A stretch of 64,000 nucleotides of DNA from a virus. Lineage: Duplodnaviria > Caudoviricetes. The DNA is taken from IMG/VR virus record IMGVR_UViG_3300032007_000014; one strand, 5' to 3'. Position numbers and translations under genes: made by a program. This document shows, one piece after another, positions 30,069 through 39,207 of the stretch. A model generated the notes under the pieces. That model was not told the origin of the DNA. It made no database searches and was given only the letters and a program-made list of their open reading frames with translations. Within the stretch, counting starts at the first letter, position 1; every line of letters begins with the position of its first letter.

Positions 30069-30558
30069 GGTTATCAACTCCATTGTTGATGGACCTGGAA
30101 TAAGGTATTCCATATACACACAAGGATGTGCACATCATTGCAAGAACTGTCACAATCCAAAGAGTTGGGATTTTAAAGGAGGCATCGAAGAAGATACTAC
30201 TGATATCATCAATGAGATCCTCAGAGACAAACTTGTTTCTGGTATCACATTCAGTGGTGGAGATCCCATCTATCAATACGAAGCATGTCTCAAATTGATC
30301 GAGGATTTGCGGGTAGTTTCAGACAAGCATTATGACGTGGCCGTGTGGACAGGATTCACTTTTGAGGAGCTATTGAGCGACCAAAAGTATAGGAAATTCC
30401 TTACCAAAATCGACGTAATTGTCGATGGTCCATACATGGATGATTTGAGAGATTTGAAGCTTAAGTGGAGAGGAAGTAGCAATCAACGTATTATCGATGT
30501 CAAGGAATCCTTGAAACAAGGTAAAGCTGTATTGACTTCCGATCCACGTTGGCTTTGA
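30046..30558 (+). CDS. nrdG: Anaerobic RNR activating protein (radical SAM)
   Basis: SIVDGPGIR, CAHHCKNCHN (CxxxCxxC), GITFSGGDP, DVIVDGPY, WRGSSNQRII. Confidence 0.95.
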   Translation: MKIRLYGKVINSIVDGPGIRYSIYTQGCAHHCKNCHNPKSWDFKGGIEEDTTDIINEILRDKLVSGITFSGGDPIYQYEACLKLIEDLRVVSDKHYDVAVWTGFTFEELLSDQKYRKFLTKIDVIVDGPYMDDLRDLKLKWRGSSNQRIIDVKESLKQGKAVLTSDPRWL

Positions 30559-30577
30559 CAAAAAAGAAAAGATAAGG

Positions 30578-30609
30578 AGATGAACAGGACCACACGGTCC
30601 TGTTCATCT
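30578..30609. terminator. Bidirectional terminator
   Basis: agatgaacaggacc/ggtcctgttcatct 14-bp stem between convergent genes. Confidence 0.75.
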
Positions 30610-30619
30610 TCCATTATCT

Positions 30620-31855
30620 TCAGAGTTTGGAGGTGATGAAGATCCGGTAGGTGTCACCATCAACCGACATCATCAGATTGACACAGACTCCGAAATCGCC
30701 AGATCTGAGCATACCAAGATATTCCTTGGACATTTCATACAGAGCTCTCACGTGATCAGATCCTTTGGCAGGATACATCCGTGCAAGATCCTGTCCCGAT
30801 ATGGAAATATCGTTGTCTCCTTCGAACAATCCGGCGACAGCTTTGATGATGACGTCATCCGGTTCATCCGGAGATACTCCGAGAATAGCGGCCAAGAACG
30901 TGACACATCTGAAGAACTTGCAGAATGTGACATACTCGTCATTCGAAGCCCAATCTTTCGTATACTCACTGTTGATGAAACTTTCTTTCAGTTCCTTCTC
31001 TTTGGAGTACGACATATTGGTTGCTTTGAAGATGGCGATTAGTTCACTGACACGTTCCTGATGCGAAGCGAATGCTCTTTCATCGGCTTCTTGTTCGGAT
31101 GCTTTGATGGCTTCCATGCGTGCCTTGAATTCGGCTTCCGCCTTCTGGTGGGCCGCTTCTTCTTCAGCACGGCGTTCTGCTTCTTCGCGTTCCCTGATCT
31201 CATCTTCCGTCAACCACATGTCATCATCGGAGATATTGAAGGATATCCCACTGACATCGATGAGATCAACGTAATCACGGAACCCGTACTCCTCATGGAT
31301 CATCGAAAGCTGTGGTTGATCATCCGTGTTGTCACCGATGAGTTCATTGAGGAAATCTCTGTAGATAAGACAGCTCAAGATATACTCGTCAACTGTCTCT
31401 CCGAGAAACTCAACAACTTTCGTAGTCTCAGGATAGACGAGATCCTGATCAAGTATGGCGACACATTCGACAGAGAGATCGAAGATGTCTTTCGCTCTGT
31501 CGATGAGCAATCTCGGATCCACCTTGCAGGACTGTGTGTCGAGATTCTTCTTACTGAAGCAGTTCATCATCTTGACATAAGCACGTGTTCTGTCGACGAT
31601 GTTCGATCCTGCATCACACTTCAGAAGACCCCATTTACGAACGGATTCAAATGCTTCGATGTACTTGGAGCTGTTCGTGAAGAACTTGGATTTGTTGGTT
31701 CTTGTCATAACCACCTTTCTGTGATCGATCCATCCGTGTTCTTCCAGGAATCTGGTCTTTGATTCGATCTCGCTGAACAATGCAAGGAATTGATCAATAT
31801 ATTTCGACCAATATTCTCCCACATTGATCATCTTTCCTTCTTTGAGTAACTCCAT
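30620..31855 (-). CDS. Hypothetical protein with central coiled coil
   Basis: 411 aa, AGGAGG RBS. Confidence 0.75.
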   Translation of the reverse strand: MELLKEGKMINVGEYWSKYIDQFLALFSEIESKTRFLEEHGWIDHRKVVMTRTNKSKFFTNSSKYIEAFESVRKWGLLKCDAGSNIVDRTRAYVKMMNCFSKKNLDTQSCKVDPRLLIDRAKDIFDLSVECVAILDQDLVYPETTKVVEFLGETVDEYILSCLIYRDFLNELIGDNTDDQPQLSMIHEEYGFRDYVDLIDVSGISFNISDDDMWLTEDEIREREEAERRAEEEAAHQKAEAEFKARMEAIKASEQEADERAFASHQERVSELIAIFKATNMSYSKEKELKESFINSEYTKDWASNDEYVTFCKFFRCVTFLAAILGVSPDEPDDVIIKAVAGLFEGDNDISISGQDLARMYPAKGSDHVRALYEMSKEYLGMLRSGDFGVCVNLMMSVDGDTYRIFITSKL

Positions 31856-31927
31856 GTTTACCTCCTAATGTGTTTAAAGGGTACTAGGTGGAATAATCCA
31901 CCTAGTACCTATGGGTTGTTTGTATGT

Positions 31928-32488
31928 TCAGTAACGAATTGCTTTCGGACCGATGTGATTGTCGACGAAAGAACCGTAGTCCTGAATCTCTTGAAGCAAT
32001 TCCACTCCGAAAGACACGTCGTGATCCTTGAAATATCGACACGCGCGATCGACGAAACGTCTCACTTGTTCCGCCGGAGATCTGAACGGGAACACGTATG
32101 CACGGATGATTGGCTTTCCGTTCAGCATGTATCCACGCGAGAACGTGTATTTCCCGGAACTCCACACACGTCCTTCAATGAGTTGTTTGATCATGGGAGT
32201 GTGACCGTTCTTCTGCATGTTGATATATTTGAGTGCAAGACCGATCCCACGATCCTGATCGTATGAATCCCTGGCGATGCACCAAGATCCATCCACATAG
32301 ATCTGCCCATCCTCACCGAGAGTCGCAACCATGTATCCAACACGGTGCCAACTGCAAGTTGAGAATTCGCGAGATCCACCAGTTGCGTAAACGCGACTCA
32401 CCTTGTGGATGAACCCGATGAGACCCTCATCCTCCACCACATTGGCGAAGATGGGTGACCCAATGAAGGGTCGTTTGACTTCTTTCAT
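31928..32488 (-). CDS. Hypothetical early protein
   Basis: 186 aa, AGGAGG RBS, TATATTAC at 32528. Confidence 0.7.
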   Translation of the reverse strand: MKEVKRPFIGSPIFANVVEDEGLIGFIHKVSRVYATGGSREFSTCSWHRVGYMVATLGEDGQIYVDGSWCIARDSYDQDRGIGLALKYINMQKNGHTPMIKQLIEGRVWSSGKYTFSRGYMLNGKPIIRAYVFPFRSPAEQVRRFVDRACRYFKDHDVSFGVELLQEIQDYGSFVDNHIGPKAIRY

Positions 32489-32545
32489 TTCGATATCCTC
32501 CTGTTAGTTGACTGGGTTATCAACTAAGTAATATATTGTCACTGA

Positions 32546-33244
32546 TCACTTGAACTTTGGAGGATCTGTTTTGTTGAACAGAGCCATGAATTGACCACCA
32601 AGAAGATTACCGACAATCACAAGGAACAAGAAGAAATACTTGTGACATTGGTGATCTCCGAATGTGCTCATGTCGATATAGAATGCGTCTGCAATGGAGT
32701 GCTCGAATCCACAAAGGATAAACGATGCTACACACATAATTGTGACAAGCCATCCACACACCTTGCTTTTCTTGTATCCATCGACAGCAATGTACATCAA
32801 GATACCGCACATGAATCCAAGTGCAATGTTTTTGAATATGTAGCTAGTCTGAAATACCTCAAGCAAACGAGCACCTCTTGATAAGAGTAGTTCATCTGCT
32901 TTAATAGTAAGTTCAGGGTTTGCGATACGAAGAACCCATCCCATTAATTGACATCCTGCGAGATTACCAATCAATGTGATGAACAGTGTTCGTTTTGAAG
33001 GAGTATAGTCTGTTACTCCAAGCAATGACATGAGCATGATTTCTGATGATCTTGTTGGACTGCTGAACCATCTGACATGTCCTGTCAATCCAGTGAACAA
33101 CAGTTTCTCAAAGATGAGAATGGAGAGAAGTCCAAGACTGAACACAAATGCTCCGAGTGTCTTGTCAGGGATGGAGAGATATGCTGCTCCACCTAGCGAG
33201 ATCATGATACCACCAGCAATTGACTTACGTAACATATCACACAT
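32546..33244 (-). CDS. Formate/nitrite transporter (FNT; FocA/NirC family) channel
   Basis: About 6 hydrophobic helices with FNT motifs AGGIMISLG, LFTG, GNLAG, FILCGFEHSIAD and GNLLGG. Confidence 0.9.
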   Translation of the reverse strand: MCDMLRKSIAGGIMISLGGAAYLSIPDKTLGAFVFSLGLLSILIFEKLLFTGLTGHVRWFSSPTRSSEIMLMSLLGVTDYTPSKRTLFITLIGNLAGCQLMGWVLRIANPELTIKADELLLSRGARLLEVFQTSYIFKNIALGFMCGILMYIAVDGYKKSKVCGWLVTIMCVASFILCGFEHSIADAFYIDMSTFGDHQCHKYFFLFLVIVGNLLGGQFMALFNKTDPPKFK

Positions 33245-33369
33245 AAGTGACTTCCTTTTTGTTTAAGGTTGATTTGGCTATATTGTATTATAAGTGTGTA
33301 AAATGATATTTGCCATTTTATGAACATTCACTCTCTTAAAACAAACAATTTACCTTGAGGAATCCATAA

Positions 33370-35358
33370 ATGAACGAGATTATCATGGGAACTGGTATGG
33401 AACCTCTCATCATTGAAGTAGGAGATTACCTAGCTTCATCTGAAGGATGGTTTGACCAGATCAATGACAAAGGAAAGTATGTAACCATAAGTGGTTTCCC
33501 TGCAATTTGGTTGCAGAGGAAACTCAAAAGAGAATATGGTACATCCAAGATTCAGAACTTCTTTGAAGTGGTCGGTATCAGGTGGTTTGGAAAGTCCACG
33601 ATTCAAGTTCACAAGTTCTTCCTTCCTGAACTGATCTATCTTCTTGCAAAATTTAGATCTCCTCTTGCTCTCAGAAATGAGATCATTAACAATACATGGA
33701 TCAGATCCATGTATGAAGACACCAAGAGTACAGAGATTGATTTCAAACGAATCGATAAAGACATGAATGTGAGATTACTTCCATTCCAAAGATCTTTCAT
33801 CGAGGAATATGGAATCAAGAAAACAAGATGTCATCTCAGAGGAATGATTCTTTCATTCGATTGCGGTCTTGGTAAAACCATTACATCTCTTTCTCTCATG
33901 AAAGCACTTGGATGTGACAAGGTTGTTATCTTTGCACCAAAGTCCACACTCTTCAACGTGTGGGTTGATCATCTCAACAGGTTCTTCAAGAAAGTTCCGA
34001 AGTATTGGGTTGTCAATCAAGATCACGATCCAAAAGATGCAGAATACTACATCTGCAACTATGAAAGCATGGACAAGATTTATGACATCGTCAACCACAT
34101 CAAGAAGGGATCAAAAGTTGGTATCATCACCGATGAAAGTCACAACTTCTTGAGACTTGGAAGTAAGAGAACTCAGAATTTGATTTCTCTTCGTGATGAT
34201 CTGGATTGTCACGATTGTCTACTTCAAAGCGGCACACCTGTCAAGGCGCTAGGCGTCGAGATCATGCCACTTCTTCGAGTCATTGATGGTTTCTTTGATG
34301 AGGAAGCACAAGTGACTTTTGCCAAAGCATTTGGTGTGAATACTTTGATCGCAACTGACATTCTCCATGCACGTATGGATATGATGATGGTTCGCAAGAC
34401 AAAGGAAGAGGTGATCACACTTCCTGAAAAACATGAGCAAGATCTTCTTGTGAAGATTCGTGGTGGTGAGAGATACACCATCACCAATGTGAAGAAACTT
34501 CTCAAAGTGTATGGTGCGGAACGTTCAGATTTCCACAACAAACACATGAAAGAATATCAGGAAGAGTGGAACACTTGTATCTCGTTCCTTGCAGGACACA
34601 AGACCATTGGTCCTTCCAATGAATTCCGGAGATATCTTGATACTGTGAACTATCTGATCAAACATGGCTACAACAGATATGATCCTCGTCTTGTTGAGGA
34701 TGTTGTCTGGATGAACAAGTATGAGAAAGATGTTCTCATGCCAGCCATGTCAGCAGACATGAAGAAGATGTTCAAGCATTGCAAATCAGCAATCAAGTAT
34801 CTTGACATGAAGATTCAAGGAGAAATCCTTGGATATCTCGGACATCTTCGTGGAGAGATGACAAGCGCATTGCTGGATGCAATCGATCTTGAAGAACTTA
34901 TCAACAGTGCCATCAAGAAAACAATCCTCTTCACGTCATTTGTTGATACGGTGGAGACTGCTGCTGAGAAACTGAAATCTCTTGGATTCAAGCCGTGTCT
35001 CGTATATGGTGAGACATCCAAAGAGGTTCCTCAGTTACTCAAGCAATTCAGAGAGGACAAATCAATCAATCCTCTTGTCGCAACCATGCAAACACTGGCA
35101 ACTGGCGTAACGCTTGTCGAAGCCAATCAAGTCATCTTCATCAACAGACCTTGGCGAGATGCGGACTACAAGCAAAGTTCGGACCGTGTCTGGCGCATAG
35201 GCCAAGATACCGAATGTTACATCTACACACTCACACTTGACACTGGAGAAGAGCCCAACTTGTCCACATCCATGAAAGACATCCTCGACTGGTCGAAGGA
35301 AATGTCTGAAGCAATCGTGGATGGAACACGTGGTTTTGCTTTCAGTGATTTCATGTGA
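33370..35358 (+). CDS. SNF2-family (SF2) helicase, probably virion-associated
   Basis: GLGKT, DESH, SGTP, ATGVTL and QSSDRVWRIGQ motifs; short acidic N-terminus ending in SSE. Confidence 0.88.
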   Translation: MNEIIMGTGMEPLIIEVGDYLASSEGWFDQINDKGKYVTISGFPAIWLQRKLKREYGTSKIQNFFEVVGIRWFGKSTIQVHKFFLPELIYLLAKFRSPLALRNEIINNTWIRSMYEDTKSTEIDFKRIDKDMNVRLLPFQRSFIEEYGIKKTRCHLRGMILSFDCGLGKTITSLSLMKALGCDKVVIFAPKSTLFNVWVDHLNRFFKKVPKYWVVNQDHDPKDAEYYICNYESMDKIYDIVNHIKKGSKVGIITDESHNFLRLGSKRTQNLISLRDDLDCHDCLLQSGTPVKALGVEIMPLLRVIDGFFDEEAQVTFAKAFGVNTLIATDILHARMDMMMVRKTKEEVITLPEKHEQDLLVKIRGGERYTITNVKKLLKVYGAERSDFHNKHMKEYQEEWNTCISFLAGHKTIGPSNEFRRYLDTVNYLIKHGYNRYDPRLVEDVVWMNKYEKDVLMPAMSADMKKMFKHCKSAIKYLDMKIQGEILGYLGHLRGEMTSALLDAIDLEELINSAIKKTILFTSFVDTVETAAEKLKSLGFKPCLVYGETSKEVPQLLKQFREDKSINPLVATMQTLATGVTLVEANQVIFINRPWRDADYKQSSDRVWRIGQDTECYIYTLTLDTGEEPNLSTSMKDILDWSKEMSEAIVDGTRGFAFSDFM

Positions 35359-35367
35359 CAATAACAA

Positions 35368-35402
35368 CACTAGAGCACACCTCAATGAGGTGTGCTCTAG
35401 TG
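35368..35402. terminator. Bidirectional terminator
   Basis: cactagagcacacctc/gaggtgtgctctagtg 16-bp stem between convergent genes. Confidence 0.75.
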
Positions 35403-35411
35403 CCTATTTGT

Positions 35412-36848
35412 TTACCAATCAATTGTGCAGTTATACTCTTCAAGAAGGAACTTCTTAAGAGTACTCGCACATCTGTTGATATTGATGTAGAAGGTCTGTT
35501 TGATCACACCCATCCGATTGGCAAGATATGTCTGTGACAGTCCATTGTCGATCAAGAACTTCTTGAATTCAACGGGATTGTGGAATGTCTTTCCATTCAA
35601 TACCTTATAATCATCAGGGTTGTCTGACTTGAGAGGATAATTCGGTGACTGTGCGCTTAGCACATCCTTACCAAGAGCTCTGTTGATCTTCATGATCGTG
35701 TCAATCCTTGGCATCTTGTTCCGATAAATGAAGTTCCTGAAAACTCCATTGAATCTGACAAGAGCAGAACCGTATCCATGCTTGATGACGAATTCACGTA
35801 TCTTGTCAATATCCTTCTCGCACTTCTCGAACATCGCAATGATCTGTTCTGCAGTGAATTCCAACTGCGTTCTTCCACTGGATGTGTCATCTTTCTTTTC
35901 AGAAACCTTACAGTTGACCACATCACATCCGCAGAACTCATTGACTCTTATGACAAAGAGATTTGTGAGTTTCTTGTACCTCTTGATGGCGCTAGCACAT
36001 CTCCCATCGTGACCCAATATATCAGCAAACATCTGAGAAAGCGGAAGCTTGTACTTGTCAAGTATTGACATCACTTTCTCATATGTGTCGACAGGAGCAC
36101 TGTTGATGAAATCCTGCTTGAGTGCATCGAGCATACTTTGTGTAAGTTCGATGTACTGTGAAGGAATCACTTTCTCCTTAACAGGTTCCTCAACAACTGG
36201 TTTCTCTTCAGGAGTAGGAGGTGTCTGTTGTTCTTGCGGTTCTTCCTTTGCAAATTCCTTGCGAAGAACAGAACGTTCCTTCATCTCTTTTGCAAAGTGA
36301 ATCCAGTGCCAATCTGCATCCACATTCTGAAAGTTCCTCTGGAACTGTGTTCTCAGATACGGGTAGATCTCTGAATCTGAACTTGTCAGTAACTTCTGAC
36401 AATCCTTGATGTTCAGTCTCATGGACCAAACAATGCTCTCAAACGGAACACCCGCATCAACAAGACATCCGCACTGATCTTTGATCGGTGCTCTCATCTT
36501 ACCTGCTTCAACGAGGATACGAGAGCATTCTTTCAAGAACTCGAATTTGCTTCTGGTGTAACGGAACGCTCCATTGAACGGAAGGATATAAGGATGGATA
36601 CGTCCATCGTTGTCGAACTCTTCTCCTTCATCATACACTTCGCCAGGATCAGGAACTTCTGTCTCATTGTTGTTCGAGACTTTGATTCGAAGTTGAAGAA
36701 CATCAATCTGTTCTTTCAGATCCTGTATCTTTTTGTCACGCACACCTATCTCATTTTCTATGAGATCCAGCACGTGCTTTGCTGATGATAGATGTTGTCC
36801 CAATGTTTGGACATACCTATCAGCATTGGTCAAATCATACTGTCCCAT
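35412..36848 (-). CDS. Hypothetical protein with N-terminal coiled coil and possible C-terminal HTH
   Basis: 478 aa; GLSQTYLANRMGVIKQTF resembles an XRE-type HTH. Confidence 0.65.
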   Translation of the reverse strand: MGQYDLTNADRYVQTLGQHLSSAKHVLDLIENEIGVRDKKIQDLKEQIDVLQLRIKVSNNNETEVPDPGEVYDEGEEFDNDGRIHPYILPFNGAFRYTRSKFEFLKECSRILVEAGKMRAPIKDQCGCLVDAGVPFESIVWSMRLNIKDCQKLLTSSDSEIYPYLRTQFQRNFQNVDADWHWIHFAKEMKERSVLRKEFAKEEPQEQQTPPTPEEKPVVEEPVKEKVIPSQYIELTQSMLDALKQDFINSAPVDTYEKVMSILDKYKLPLSQMFADILGHDGRCASAIKRYKKLTNLFVIRVNEFCGCDVVNCKVSEKKDDTSSGRTQLEFTAEQIIAMFEKCEKDIDKIREFVIKHGYGSALVRFNGVFRNFIYRNKMPRIDTIMKINRALGKDVLSAQSPNYPLKSDNPDDYKVLNGKTFHNPVEFKKFLIDNGLSQTYLANRMGVIKQTFYININRCASTLKKFLLEEYNCTIDW

Positions 36849-36879
36849 GGTTAACGCATCTCCAATTTAATGAATTTTA

Positions 36880-37150
36880 AGAAAAAAGAAAGGGTCCTCC
36901 GAAGAGGACCCGTGACAATCTCCACACTAGGCCAATGTGAAGATCATCTACTTGACAAATCTCTGCATATACATGTTCAGTTAATAAGATGCCAACTCAA
37001 GATGTCGGATGATCTATCAACTCTTCATGTAAAGGTGAGGAACTACGGGCATCCCACCAGTCCCAGATCATCAGTCCTATAATGAATCTGGAATACGCGA
37101 AAGCTTCATCAAGTGTTGTACTTTAGGAGGTACTGTTAGGACATCACGCG
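36880..37150 (-). ncRNA. Putative structured ncRNA (~270 nt)
   Basis: Lies between the early promoter at 37152 and its own terminator (36892-36911 plus U-tract); several hairpins; no ORF above 24 aa seen on this strand. Confidence 0.5.
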
Positions 37151-37167
37151 TGTAATATATACACAAA

Positions 37168-37704
37168 TCACTCTTGAAAGCTGAATTCTGGCTGATACAG
37201 ATCAATGGTGAAATCAGTTGACATCTCTGTCAAGACTTCCTTGTCCTGATCATACTCGTACAGTTCAATTCCAGCTTCATGCAGCATGTTGACAGAAGAA
37301 CTGATCTTGTCACGCCATTCGTATTCAGATGCGACACGTCTGACAGCAAGATCTTGTTTCTTGAACACAATGACTTTGATACCGGAATTGATCAAGAGTT
37401 TCGCACATTCTGTACACGGTACAAGTGTGACGAACAGAATCAATCCATCACAAGCGACACCATACTTCGCACATTGTGCGATGCAGTTGGCCTCCGCATG
37501 CACAACATACATGAGTTTGGTGCTTCTGTCTTCATACCGTTCTTTGGAATCATCCACACCACGAGCAAATCCATTGTATCCAGTCGCCATAACTCGACGA
37601 TCTTTCACAAGGACAGCGCCCACTTTGGTGGAAGGATCTTTGGACTGCAAGGCTGTACGTTCAGCAATGTCCATGAAGTAATGGATCCATCGTTTACTGT
37701 ACAT
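37168..37704 (-). CDS. dCMP deaminase
   Basis: SKDPSTKVGA, TGYNG, HAEAN and PCTEC zinc-binding motifs. Confidence 0.92.
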   Translation of the reverse strand: MYSKRWIHYFMDIAERTALQSKDPSTKVGAVLVKDRRVMATGYNGFARGVDDSKERYEDRSTKLMYVVHAEANCIAQCAKYGVACDGLILFVTLVPCTECAKLLINSGIKVIVFKKQDLAVRRVASEYEWRDKISSSVNMLHEAGIELYEYDQDKEVLTEMSTDFTIDLYQPEFSFQE

Positions 37705-38017
37705 CGAAGTCATCCCTCCCTCCATAGGTGTTCATTCCTTCCACATATCGACGATTCCTGCGATGTTTTCGTCCCGCACGATGTCTTCTCTTTCTGGGAG
37801 CTTCATTGTTCTGAACACTCTGTTCTTGACTGCTTGCCGTCTTCGCGAGCTCAGCAAGCAGACCAATATCGCATTTGATACGTTCGGCAGCACCAGCGAT
37901 GCGATAAAGATCGTGCGCGATCAAACGAAGATAACACGCAAATGACCAAATGAAAACGATGCACGCAAGTGCGATGACGGCGAGACAAGAGACAACTGCA
38001 ATTTGAAACCAATCCAT
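37694..38017 (-). CDS. Small membrane protein with basic tail
   Basis: N-terminal hydrophobic helix and R/K-rich C-terminus. Confidence 0.65.
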   Translation of the reverse strand: MDWFQIAVVSCLAVIALACIVFIWSFACYLRLIAHDLYRIAGAAERIKCDIGLLAELAKTASSQEQSVQNNEAPRKRRHRAGRKHRRNRRYVEGMNTYGGRDDFDVQ

Positions 38018-38577
38018 TATTCTTCTCCTTTGAGATTGAGGTTGAGTCCTTCTCCTTCAGCAGACATGTTTGAAGCATATGTTGCACGAACATGTTGGAT
38101 GTGCTCGCTGAAGTCGTGAATGAATTTTGTGACATGATCGTAATACGCTGGAAGTGACTTGCATTTGAGAGGATCTTCGATCACTTCTCCAGGATGATCT
38201 GCCTCGTACCAACGCATTGCTGTTTCGCAGATGATCATGTCAATGATGGCTTCCGGAAGTTCTTTGTTTCGACAGTACTTGTGGATGAAAGAAGCACCAA
38301 GAATGCATTCTTTCAAGGACTCAAGTTCTTCTTTGGAACGCTCGGATTTCACAACACCGAGCTTCTTTCCTTCTTCGAACCACGTCATCATCCAACTTGG
38401 AGCATTGTCTTCATCTTCAGTGACAACCCACTTTCCTTCTTTGAAAGTGTGCAGCACACCTGCGATAAATCCTTGTGTTCCTTCCTCAACCTCTCCGAGT
38501 TTCATGGCTTCTTCCATACTTGGGGCGGTGATAACTCGGACCCCTTCATCCGTCATAACGTCCAATACATCAGACAT
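38017..38577 (-). CDS. Hypothetical protein
   Basis: 186 aa, AAGGAG RBS, coupled to its neighbours. Confidence 0.7.
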   Translation of the reverse strand: MSDVLDVMTDEGVRVITAPSMEEAMKLGEVEEGTQGFIAGVLHTFKEGKWVVTEDEDNAPSWMMTWFEEGKKLGVVKSERSKEELESLKECILGASFIHKYCRNKELPEAIIDMIICETAMRWYEADHPGEVIEDPLKCKSLPAYYDHVTKFIHDFSEHIQHVRATYASNMSAEGEGLNLNLKGEE

Positions 38578-39121
38578 TGAAATTCTCCTTCCTTAAATCG
38601 TAACCGATTCTTTCGGCGTCGATTACACTGTTGACTGTGAGTGAGAACAATGATGGAACCTTCTGACAGAACTCTTTGTCAAATGCAGAAAACACCACAC
38701 GTACCACAGGACGTATGACTGTTATCTTACGAGTCGATGTGTTCCACTTTTGTGAATAGTACTCCACAAGAACTCCGCCGTAGATCGGCAGTCGTATCTT
38801 GTAGATGGCTCTAGGAAGACCTAACCTATCTTTCGACGTATCGACTGTCTTGATGGATCCACCACAGATGGATGTATTCCCGAGTCTTATCCTATCTCCA
38901 ACCATGGAGTAAAGATGGTTCTCAAGAACAAACCCAAATTGTGTGGCTTTATTTTCATAGTCGAACACATAGGCGTAATCTTTCGAGCACTCTGTTTGTT
39001 CTCCGAAATACCGGCAGGCTTCTTGAACGATGTCCGCCAGGCGTGCATGAATTTTGTCTTCTACGATAGTTCTCTCCGATTGTTTGGCCTTTCTCGAGAA
39101 TGGCCACCGCCACCCTAACAT
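38570..39121 (-). CDS. Hypothetical protein
   Basis: 183 aa, AGGAGG RBS. Confidence 0.7.
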   Translation of the reverse strand: MLGWRWPFSRKAKQSERTIVEDKIHARLADIVQEACRYFGEQTECSKDYAYVFDYENKATQFGFVLENHLYSMVGDRIRLGNTSICGGSIKTVDTSKDRLGLPRAIYKIRLPIYGGVLVEYYSQKWNTSTRKITVIRPVVRVVFSAFDKEFCQKVPSLFSLTVNSVIDAERIGYDLRKENFNV

Positions 39122-39207
39122 TGTCGTAACCTCCTAAATTTTAAATTGTGAGATGGCCTAGATGATAGATCTCCCTGCTTAACCTAGCAGGGAGATCCGG
39201 TTGAATG

